DNA from: Nemertoderma westbladi
Taxonomy: Eukaryota; Animalia; Xenacoelomorpha
Direction: 5' to 3'
Length of the DNA: 64,000 nucleotides
NCBI GenBank assembly: GCA_032718475.1
Contig: JAUCBJ010007215.1
Location: forward strand, 23,632 to 87,631
Position 1 is the stretch's first letter. Every line of letters starts with the position of its first letter. The notes beneath the pieces are model-generated. The model was not told the DNA's origin and ran no database searches. It was given only the letters and a program-made list of their open reading frames with translations. The position numbers were made by a program, and so were the translations under genes. This document shows positions 37,201-45,765 of this stretch, in pieces.

Positions 37201-40200
37201 AGTATTGAAAAACCAAACAATACGGTGAGGACGTAGTTCCTCGGAAATCTGGTTTTGGTCCAATTTTCTCAAAGCTCTGGTTATCTCGTTCCGTGCACCC
37301 ACAAAGTTTGTCCCTTGGTCGCAGTATATGGATTTGACCAATCCACGTCTAGCGATAAATCGCCGTAAGGCTAGGATAAAGGCATTGGTGGACAAGTCTG
37401 TCACTCGCTCTATATGGACAGCTCTGCTGGCCATGCAAGTGAAGATCAATCCCCAACGTTTTACCTGTACCCTTCCGCGTTTCGCGATTATGGGTCCAAA
37501 ACAGTCTATCCCTGTCTCAGTGAAAGGGGGTCTAAATGCCTGTAATCTTGCTAGTGGTAGTTCACTCATTTCTTGGTGTCCTATCCTCGCGTGCACCTTC
37601 TTACAAATAATACAGTTCCGTGTTACCGAACTCAGTGCCTTACTAGGTCTAATCAGTACAAACCTCGAGCGTAAGTATGATAGACAGTGGTGTCTACCTA
37701 CGTGTTTGAGTTGTACGTGTGCGTTCAGTATCATAGCGCGCTGTAATTCATGGTGTTGCGGTATGATGATAGGATACCTGAAGTCAAGTGCAAAGTCGAT
37801 GTTTTGGAGTCTGGACTTGTGACAAAGTAAGCCCCGGTAAATAATCGGACTCCAACTCAAAATCGGTGAAGACTTAATCTGTTTACCTTGTTTGATCGCT
37901 GTGAACTCTCGTGCGAAATATCGCAATTGATAATGTCGAATGATATCAACTTCACAGTGTTCAATTTCCTTTAAGGTAAGTCTTCTAGGAAAGTCGCGTT
38001 TGCCTCTGGCATATTGTCTCAATCGTTTGAGCCATGCTAACTTGCGGCACGCGTCAGTCCATGATCTAGTTAGGTTCACTATCCTGTCAACGTAAGTGTT
38101 AGTGACGTCATCGGGTAAGGTGTAGTCGTAGTGTGGATACTTGTCTGGACTTGGTAGGCCCACGGGCCTTCCGGTAGGTTTGTCTGAGTCCCCAAGTACG
38201 TCAATCTCTACGGTCTTACCTTTGCCGTCCGCACCTAATGTGTCGACTGGCAGTAATGGTTTCAACTCTACAGTGTCAGTGTGTTCCTGTGAGCCTGTAA
38301 GCTTCCTAACCTTAGTCACCACTTTACCTGTAGGTAAGTCAAGTACCTTCTTCGAGCGGAGTGTAATCCCTGTGGCCACCACTTTGTCGTCCAAAGAAGT
38401 CGAATTCGGTAAGTCTCTAAAGGTCCGCTCCAATGGGTCTTCTAATGGAGTGTCTAGTAGACAGTCTGGTGAAGCGTCTGGTGAACAGTCTGGTGAGACG
38501 TCTGGTGAGACATAGCGCGGAACGTCCGGCGAAATGTCCTGTCGCCGGTCCCAAAGTCTGTCTAGCGTAACTTCTGTCAGAAAGTCTGGTTCAAAGTCTG
38601 GTAGACAGTCTGGTGGACAGTCTGTCGAGATGTCTAGTGAACAGTCTGGTGAGACGTCCGGTAGACATTCTGTCGAGAGTTCCATCAAACAATCTGGCGA
38701 ACAATCTGGAGAACAATCTGGTGTCTCTTCTGGTGAATAGTCTGGCGAGTAATCTGGTGTACAATCCGGCGAAACGTCTGGTGAAATCTCCCGCGGAACA
38801 TCCGGCGAAAGATTCGTACAAGCGTCTGGTCGAGTGTCTGGCGAGACGTCTGGCGTAATGTCAGGTCTGGCGTCCAGGTCATCAGATTTCGTCCGTCCCT
38901 TTTTCCTTTTGACCTTGGCGTTGGCTTTCGCTTTAGACTTGACAACCTTGTCGAGTTTTATCTCGGCACCCTCTGGTATGGTGTTGGTTGTCGCGTCGAA
39001 TAACGGTGGCCATTCGTCTGATGGTCGCTGTAGGAAATCGGGTCCTCTAAACCAAAAGGATTTATTGTCCGGTTTACAAAAGTCAAGTGGTTGCATTCCC
39101 CGTGACGCGATGTCAGCTGGGTTCAGCTTCCCTGGACAGTGACGCCAATCTTGTTTGAGCGACCGGTCTAGTATTTCAGCCCGTCTGTTGGCTACGAAAG
39201 TCTTGAACTCGAATGTTTCGTTGTTTATGTACCAAAGTACCAACGTCGCATCCGTCCAATATGTGACCTTCAAGTTAGCCTCCAGCTCGCGTTGAACTAG
39301 ACTGACAATATCGGTGGATATCGTCCCGGCTTGCAGCTCCCCACGAGGTACAGTCATATACTTCAATGGCATTGTTCTAGCCTTTGAAGTAACGAGAGAT
39401 ACATCGTAGCTGTCCGATGTCACTTGTCGTCTAAGGTATAAAGTAACCCCCAATCCATCCTTGCTAGCGTCACTAAAGCTGTGAAGCTCTAAATCGGCAG
39501 GAAAGGTGGTTTGCAAAGGAAAGTATACCCTCGGTATAGTATAGTCTTGTAGGAACGTCAGTTGGGCTTCCCAGTCCCTCCATTGCTCAGCTAACTTTTC
39601 TGGGATGGGATCGTCCCATTCCAGTCCGGCTTGCCAAATGCTGCGGAGTATGATCCTGGCATGTAGGATCACTGGACTAATGAAACACAATGGGTCATAC
39701 AATCGACTCATAGTCGATAAGCAAGTCCTCTTAGTGAGAGGTCTAGTCTGGTCGTTGGACCTTACACGTACCCTAAAATTGTCGGTGTTAGGGTCCCAAC
39801 TAAGTCCTAATACTTTGGTCGTCGGCAGAGGTTCTAGATCTAAGTCCAAGTCACCTCCGCTACGATCCGTCGGGTCAAATGAGTTCACCAGTTCGGGTTC
39901 GTTGGAAGCGAACTTCGTCAGGTGAAATCCGCCCTCAGCGAGACAATCCTGGAGTTGGTGTGCTACGGTTGTAGCGCGCTCCAAGGTGTCACAACTCTTG
40001 AGGCCGTCATCCACGTAGAAATCTCGTTCCACGGTCCGAACTACTTCTGGGTCAAATTGGTCTCGTCTGTCTAATGCTGTCTGCTTTAAGGCGTACATGG
40101 TGCAGTTGGGGCTGTCCCTGGCTCCGAATACTCTTACCTGCATTTGGTAAGTTTCTGGCGGAAGTTGTAAGTTTCCGTCCGGATACCAAAGAAACCTCAA

Positions 40201-42042
40201 ACTGTCCCTGTCCCACTCCAAAGCCGTAACCTGGTGAAACATGGCCTCTACGTCACAGGTGAAAGCCACTTTGCGTTGTCTAAAACGCATTAGGACTCCC
40301 ATGAGGTAATTATTCATATTCGGCCCGTCCATCAGTTCGCTATTCATAGACATACCTTGGTAAAGTGCAGCGCAGTCGTTGACTACACGCACCTTGCCAG
40401 GTTTGTCCGGGTGTCGAACAAAATGATGTGGCAGGTAATATGTCTGGTCTGTAGTTACCTCAGGATTTAACATCCTAATGGCGTATCCCTTTTGGAGATA
40501 CGTCTGAAGTTGTGCATTGTATTGCATATGGGCCGTCTCGTCTCGCAACAATCGCTGCCTTATTGATTTGAGTCGCCTCAAAGCAAGCGGGTAATTGTTA
40601 ACGAGCTTAGGTTGTCCATTGCGCCACAACATACCAACCTCATAGTGGCCATTCGCGGTCTGGCGAATGGTATCTCTCATAATATTTAATGACCGTTTTT
40701 CCTGTTCTGACATAGCGGTCTCGTAACTACCGGGTTCTGCTGAGTCATGTTCCAACCATTGAATGGTCCGTTCAGTCAGCAGTCGGTCAAGCGCTGCTTG
40801 CACTGCGCCATGGTCCTCGTCCACGTCTTCGTCCGCTGCGGTGGCTAGTGTCAAGGTGTCTGGTAGGCTCGCAAGCCTTCCGGTGTCACTAGTCGGCGTC
40901 GAATTGTCGTGCGGCGGTTTGACAACTTCTTGATCTATCGGTAGGCTCGCAAGCCTTCCAAGATCAACGACCGGTGTCGAAGCCTGGTGGGTGGGGTCAA
41001 TGACCTTCGGATTTTTCGGTAGGCTCGCAAGCCTTCCAAAATCCTCGTTCATCGAGTCATCCACAGCAACAACCCTCAGGTCTTCAGTAGTCAATACAAC
41101 CTGGTCTACTGCAAGTAGTTGTAAGTCAGAGGTCCGTATGGTCGTGTCCAGATCGGTTACGTCAGTATCGGTGGCGTCTGCGTTAGTGACGCAAGTCTGT
41201 CGTAGTGCCGTCCGTACAATTGGACCACGGGAGTGTGAAGGAGAATTATCTATCGTGTTAGTCAATAAACTACACGTACTCAAAACGTCGTCCTCCTGGT
41301 CACTTACCTCTAGTGAACGTATTGGTGCTCTAGTATACCAACCTATGGGAGTTCTACATGCGTAGGGGTTGCCCGCTGTAATAACAGATGGGCGTGTCTC
41401 CCATACCTGATGTAAGTTAAACTGGTCTGTCCCAATTAACATCGCAATGGAACGATAATTGACAGGACATTCCGGTATTCCAAGGTGTCGGAAATACTTA
41501 CGATCTTCCGGTGATTGCTCTGGCACAGGGCCGAGCAAGTTACTAAAGTCCTTTGTAGCTGCAAAGGTCAAATTTCTTACCGGAAGTAATGAGCGCTCCT
41601 CCTTGCTGTGTTCCGCTTTGGCAAGAAGAGTGTCTAAAGTTAGTTTTACTCTCGTCACAGGAATCGCTCTCTTACCATGCATGCTGCTTACAGTATACTG
41701 AGCAGTCTTACCTTGACTCAAGTCCGTAACTACGTCGGCTACTTGTTCGTCGACATAGCTATGCGATGACGCAGAGTCTAAGATGGCGTATATACGCTTG
41801 CTCCCTCGGGTTCTGGTAATCTTTATAGGAATCACGCTAAACCCTTTCAATTGGTTCTGTGTGAGGAGCGTTATCGAAGGCTGTTCCTCACCTGCATGCA
41901 CATAGAAAGTGTCGTCTTCCTCCTCGTCCTCGTCCGATGATCCTGACTGATCCATACAGTCGGTATAAAAGGTACGGATCTCGCGCGGCGCACGCTCCTT
42001 ATAAAGCGCGTCGCATCTAGCCGCTTTATCTGGATGCTCTCG
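37159..42042 (-). CDS. pol: BEL/Pao Pol (protease, RT, RNase H, integrase N-terminal part)
   Basis: AILDSAS (PR), YLPHH...KVRVVND, FYVDD (RT), FSDAS (RH), NPADIASRG, H-H-C-C finger, GIDCFGP and CDQGTNF; the frame is open right up to the gag stop. Confidence 0.95.
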   Translation of the reverse strand, partial: REHPDKAARCDALYKERAPREIRTFYTDCMDQSGSSDEDEEEDDTFYVHAGEEQPSITLLTQNQLKGFSVIPIKITRTRGSKRIYAILDSASSHSYVDEQVADVVTDLSQGKTAQYTVSSMHGKRAIPVTRVKLTLDTLLAKAEHSKEERSLLPVRNLTFAATKDFSNLLGPVPEQSPEDRKYFRHLGIPECPVNYRSIAMLIGTDQFNLHQVWETRPSVITAGNPYACRTPIGWYTRAPIRSLEVSDQEDDVLSTCSLLTNTIDNSPSHSRGPIVRTALRQTCVTNADATDTDVTDLDTTIRTSDLQLLAVDQVVLTTEDLRVVAVDDSMNEDFGRLASLPKNPKVIDPTHQASTPVVDLGRLASLPIDQEVVKPPHDNSTPTSDTGRLASLPDTLTLATAADEDVDEDHGAVQAALDRLLTERTIQWLEHDSAEPGSYETAMSEQEKRSLNIMRDTIRQTANGHYEVGMLWRNGQPKLVNNYPLALRRLKSIRQRLLRDETAHMQYNAQLQTYLQKGYAIRMLNPEVTTDQTYYLPHHFVRHPDKPGKVRVVNDCAALYQGMSMNSELMDGPNMNNYLMGVLMRFRQRKVAFTCDVEAMFHQVTALEWDRDSLRFLWYPDGNLQLPPETYQMQVRVFGARDSPNCTMYALKQTALDRRDQFDPEVVRTVERDFYVDDGLKSCDTLERATTVAHQLQDCLAEGGFHLTKFASNEPELVNSFDPTDRSGGDLDLDLEPLPTTKVLGLSWDPNTDNFRVRVRSNDQTRPLTKRTCLSTMSRLYDPLCFISPVILHARIILRSIWQAGLEWDDPIPEKLAEQWRDWEAQLTFLQDYTIPRVYFPLQTTFPADLELHSFSDASKDGLGVTLYLRRQVTSDSYDVSLVTSKARTMPLKYMTVPRGELQAGTISTDIVSLVQRELEANLKVTYWTDATLVLWYINNETFEFKTFVANRRAEILDRSLKQDWRHCPGKLNPADIASRGMQPLDFCKPDNKSFWFRGPDFLQRPSDEWPPLFDATTNTIPEGAEIKLDKVVKSKAKANAKVKRKKGRTKSDDLDARPDITPDVSPDTRPDACTNLSPDVPREISPDVSPDCTPDYSPDYSPEETPDCSPDCSPDCLMELSTECLPDVSPDCSLDISTDCPPDCLPDFEPDFLTEVTLDRLWDRRQDISPDVPRYVSPDVSPDCSPDASPDCLLDTPLEDPLERTFRDLPNSTSLDDKVVATGITLRSKKVLDLPTGKVVTKVRKLTGSQEHTDTVELKPLLPVDTLGADGKGKTVEIDVLGDSDKPTGRPVGLPSPDKYPHYDYTLPDDVTNTYVDRIVNLTRSWTDACRKLAWLKRLRQYARGKRDFPRRLTLKEIEHCEVDIIRHYQLRYFAREFTAIKQGKQIKSSPILSWSPIIYRGLLCHKSRLQNIDFALDFRYPIIIPQHHELQRAMILNAHVQLKHVGRHHCLSYLRSRFVLIRPSKALSSVTRNCIICKKVHARIGHQEMSELPLARLQAFRPPFTETGIDCFGPIIAKRGRVQVKRWGLIFTCMASRAVHIERVTDLSTNAFILALRRFIARRGLVKSIYCDQGTNFVGARNEITRALRKLDQNQISEELRPHRIVWFFNTPQTVRGEAAFGKG

Positions 42043-45000
42043 TCAAAAGCGTCTGGTCGGAGTATGACTGGTTGTGTGAAGCAACGCGTCATGGTTACGT
42101 CCACACAGAGAACATGTATCGTCGCTCGGGCAATCCTTCCGGACGTGTCCTGGCTTCATACATCTCCAACAGGAATCTAGAGATCGGATTTGGAGTCTCC
42201 TCTCCTCGATCCCTAACTCTTTAAAAGCGCGACATCCACGTAGTTTATGTCCGCTATGGTTTCTGCCGTTCCGCTCGCAGTATGAGCATCCCACAAAGTC
42301 CGCCGGCAACTGTTGTCGTGGCTGCGTGGTGCCGATAGGCGTCAGAACTTTTGAAGTCTCAGTAGGGGTGGCGTAAGTAACGGCTTTCGCGTTCGTCGGA
42401 AACGGTTTAGTCCGATTCGGCGCAGAAACAGTTATCCCTTCCGCCGCGATATGATGATCGGTATAGTTCGATCGAGTCTCGATCACGGCCTCCCGCGAAA
42501 TAAGTTGATAAACATCGGTGAGTTTTAATAACCCTCCGGCCTCTTCGCGCTGGTACTCGATGCGTCGCCATTCTCTTCGTAGTCGATGGTGAAGTCGACC
42601 GATTATTCGAATGAGAACCGTCGGTGCGTTAGCGTACTCGAGTTGTCCAATGGACCGTAAAGTCCCTATAGCGTTCTTTATTTCGTCCGCGAGTCGTAAA
42701 AGGTCGATCGGTCTCGAAATGTTGCCTCCTCTGCAGAGGTCTTCAATGATGGATTTAGCCATGGCGACATTACCGCCGTAAATTGAATACAAACGGTCGT
42801 ATGCCAACTCAAAGGCATCGGGAACACCAATAAAGGTTTCCGCTAATCGTTTCGGCTCACCAGACAGGACTTGGAGCAAGTAATTAAACTTCTCCGTCGA
42901 GGTGAAAGCACCTTTAGCGATCTGGGACTCTACGTAGTCTACCAGTGTGCGCCAGTGTTTCGCGTTGCCAGAGAACTTCGGCGGTTGCTGTGCCGGTAAT
43001 CCGTGTCTAGCCGCGAATTTCGCAATCTCGCTAACTAAATCCAACTGTCCGCGTCCCTGTTCGGCGGCGTCGTCCAGTCGCTCCCTTCCGCGCGTTGTTC
43101 GTCGGTAGGAATTATTAACGGGATCATCTTCTCGATGTGTCGGAGTCCGTCTAGTCTCCTGTTCTCTCCTCGGTGGTCGATGTTGTCTAGGTTGTTCCAA
43201 CTCCACGCTGGTTCGTGATCGATCCGACGGTTGCGCTTCGAGTCGCTCTTCTATCTGAGCTAGTCGGTCCGCTACAGGTCGCATTATTTCGGCGAGTCTG
43301 TTGGTGCTAATCGCTTCCGCTGGTTGCAACGTGGGTTTCTGTTGGGGTGTTTCTCGAGGTGGATTGTCGATGTATGGGTTTGTCGATCTCTCCTCCCGTT
43401 TGTAATCCGCTGCCGCTGCCGCTCCAGTACGGAATATTTCCCGTTCCGTCGACTCCGAGTCGCTAGATGAGTCGCTGTCGTCCGGATAAGGTGGTTGGCG
43501 GGTTCGCGTCCGGCGTATTATCCTTGGTCGAGTTCGTTGTGATCTGGGATCTACGGCTCTCCGTTGTTCGGCAGGCTCGCAAGCCTTCCACGAAGTCGTA
43601 GGTCTCGTTAAACATTGGGTGAGAGGTCTAGTAAAAACATCGGAGTTAAGCTCTACTGTAGGTTTATAAATGACTGGGTTCGCGCAGCACGTCACAGGTT
43701 TAACTTGTAATGGTTTACTCACCTGTTTTACTGTCATAAACGCAGGTTCGTCTCTCTCTACAAGTAAACTACGGCTTACAGTAGGTGTACTACTTATCTT
43801 ACCTGCTAAAATTGGCGATGAAGTCGCCCTAGGTTGCGGTATTTCCGTCACAACAAACCTGTTGCCTTGCATCGAACGCACAGGCGTTATTTCCTTAGGT
43901 TTCGTAACAAAGACCGGTTTTATCGGAGTCGTGGGTTTGAGCATAGGAATAACTTGGGGAAAACGTTTACAGTAATCCTCGACGAACTCCTCTCCTCGAT
44001 CTATCGCTCCCATGCTTCCTTCCTCGATCCGCTTCTGTATTCCGCGATATCGAGCTTCTATACGATCCAGGGCAGACAAGTCGTGTCCAGTTCGCGATCT
44101 TATAGATCTATCTCTCGCGTCGAGTTCGAGGTCCTCTTGCGCGTTCGCCGCCTCGCGCGATCTGCGATTTAGTTCGAACTGGAGCTGCATCTCTCTTTCG
44201 CGTCGATCTGCATCCTGTTGTTGTGCCACTAACTCCGCTTCCTGTATAGCTAATCGAGCGTTTATTTGCCGCGCCTCCAACTTGGCCCGAGCGTCGGATG
44301 CTGCCTTTTTCCGTGCTAACTCGTCAGCTGCCGCCTGTCGTGCTAACTCGTCGGCTGCCGCTTCTCGCGCTAAGTCCTCCTCCAGTCTCCGCATCTCTGA
44401 TGCTTCGAACTCAGCCTGCGCTTGAAGTTTCGCAAGTTTCGCTACGTCTTCTCTACGCTGTCTTTCTCCTTCCATCGCAATCTGCGCCAATTGTCGTTGA
44501 GTTTCTTCCTCAGCGACTTGTTGTCGGCGTGCGACCTCCTGTTGTTGTCGAATAATTCCAGACGCTGTTCTACTAACGTCGCCAACGTCGCTCCGTACGC
44601 TAACGAACGATCTATCCAGTGGTGGATGTTGGTAGGCTCGCGAGCCTTCCGTAGTGAGAACTTCCGTCGTCCCTCGTGGTTCGACTTCCGGTTCGTCGAT
44701 CGGTACGCCGCATCTACGAAGAAAATTGGTCAGCGTTTCCAACCTTCCGTCCAGGCAGTAGAGTTCTTCTTCCTCTTCGGGTTGTAACAACGCGTCCGAA
44801 ACTGACTCACCTAGCAGTTGGTCGAACTGCTCCTGTTGAGCCAATCTTATCACCGACTTAAACTGGATAAGGCTTTCTCTCGCACTTACCAATTTATCTA
44901 CTATCTTTACCTGAGTAAAGTTGTCACCACGCAACTCTGCAAGTTCGTGCAAACCTTTAAGTTTATCTACGGAGGCATGTACCCTACTTTCTATCCTTAC

Positions 45001-45375
45001 CTGTAAGGTGTAGAACTCGTATCTCGACATCGGGGCGGTTAACTCGCGTAAAACGCGAAAACCTTCTCCGAGGTTCCGAGTAATCTGGGCCATGTGTCCT
45101 CCTATACTTCTAATAACGTTCTCCTGGCTTCCAGTCGAACTTACCATGTCCGGTTCCCATGATCTAGTCTGCGGGACGGTAAGGAAATCTTCGATTCTGC
45201 CGTCGCCACGCGTTGCGGCTTCCGGTATTTCCGTTCGGGGTACCGGCGACGCAAGCGGTGTGACATCGGTGGAATCTCGGGTTCTCCTTCTCGGTTCGTC
45301 TACTGTCGATCTGTCCGGGTCGCACGAGTCATAGTCGGTAGGTGGGTATCTCGTCGAATGGGGTGTGTCACTCAT
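42043..45375 (-). CDS. gag: BEL/Pao Gag, 1110 aa
   Basis: Coiled-coil region, PKFSGN..W...EKFNYL capsid-like block, and knuckles CSYC...H....C, CWRCMKPGHVRKDC and CSLCGRNHDALLH. Confidence 0.93.
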   Translation of the reverse strand: MSDTPHSTRYPPTDYDSCDPDRSTVDEPRRRTRDSTDVTPLASPVPRTEIPEAATRGDGRIEDFLTVPQTRSWEPDMVSSTGSQENVIRSIGGHMAQITRNLGEGFRVLRELTAPMSRYEFYTLQVRIESRVHASVDKLKGLHELAELRGDNFTQVKIVDKLVSARESLIQFKSVIRLAQQEQFDQLLGESVSDALLQPEEEEELYCLDGRLETLTNFLRRCGVPIDEPEVEPRGTTEVLTTEGSRAYQHPPLDRSFVSVRSDVGDVSRTASGIIRQQQEVARRQQVAEEETQRQLAQIAMEGERQRREDVAKLAKLQAQAEFEASEMRRLEEDLAREAAADELARQAAADELARKKAASDARAKLEARQINARLAIQEAELVAQQQDADRREREMQLQFELNRRSREAANAQEDLELDARDRSIRSRTGHDLSALDRIEARYRGIQKRIEEGSMGAIDRGEEFVEDYCKRFPQVIPMLKPTTPIKPVFVTKPKEITPVRSMQGNRFVVTEIPQPRATSSPILAGKISSTPTVSRSLLVERDEPAFMTVKQVSKPLQVKPVTCCANPVIYKPTVELNSDVFTRPLTQCLTRPTTSWKACEPAEQRRAVDPRSQRTRPRIIRRTRTRQPPYPDDSDSSSDSESTEREIFRTGAAAAADYKREERSTNPYIDNPPRETPQQKPTLQPAEAISTNRLAEIMRPVADRLAQIEERLEAQPSDRSRTSVELEQPRQHRPPRREQETRRTPTHREDDPVNNSYRRTTRGRERLDDAAEQGRGQLDLVSEIAKFAARHGLPAQQPPKFSGNAKHWRTLVDYVESQIAKGAFTSTEKFNYLLQVLSGEPKRLAETFIGVPDAFELAYDRLYSIYGGNVAMAKSIIEDLCRGGNISRPIDLLRLADEIKNAIGTLRSIGQLEYANAPTVLIRIIGRLHHRLRREWRRIEYQREEAGGLLKLTDVYQLISREAVIETRSNYTDHHIAAEGITVSAPNRTKPFPTNAKAVTYATPTETSKVLTPIGTTQPRQQLPADFVGCSYCERNGRNHSGHKLRGCRAFKELGIEERRLQIRSLDSCWRCMKPGHVRKDCPSDDTCSLCGRNHDALLHTTSHTPTRRF

Positions 45376-45765
45376 GTCTTATTATATACGTCAAGTACGG
45401 GTAATAAAATGTCAAGTGTCTGAATGTTGAGGTGTCAAACTTACCTTGGTATATATAGCTATATACCCTAACCGGTACAAATAAATCAACAAGTCAGAAT
45501 GTCGAAATGTCAAAATGTCGAAATGTACAAATGTCAAACTTACCTTGATATATATATATATCATATATATACCCTAACCGGTACAAATAAACTAACAAGG
45601 TATATAATAAAATAAGTAGTAATCTAGCCTACCGGCTAAATTTGTACGAATAAGTGAGATAACGGTATACGTTAACAAAATATAGATCAACAAGTATAAA
45701 CAATAGGCCAAACAGCAACGTCTAACGGGAAAATAAGTACCAACAACACTACTAATAGACAGTGA

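Noticed and set aside
37190-37205. Programmed frameshift in integrase
   Set aside because: It falls inside the catalytic core with no clear slippery site at the shift point; mutation or sequencing error is more likely.
37328-45334. Many plus-strand ORFs antisense to gag/pol
   Set aside because: Shadow frames of GC-rich coding sequence with no independent motifs.
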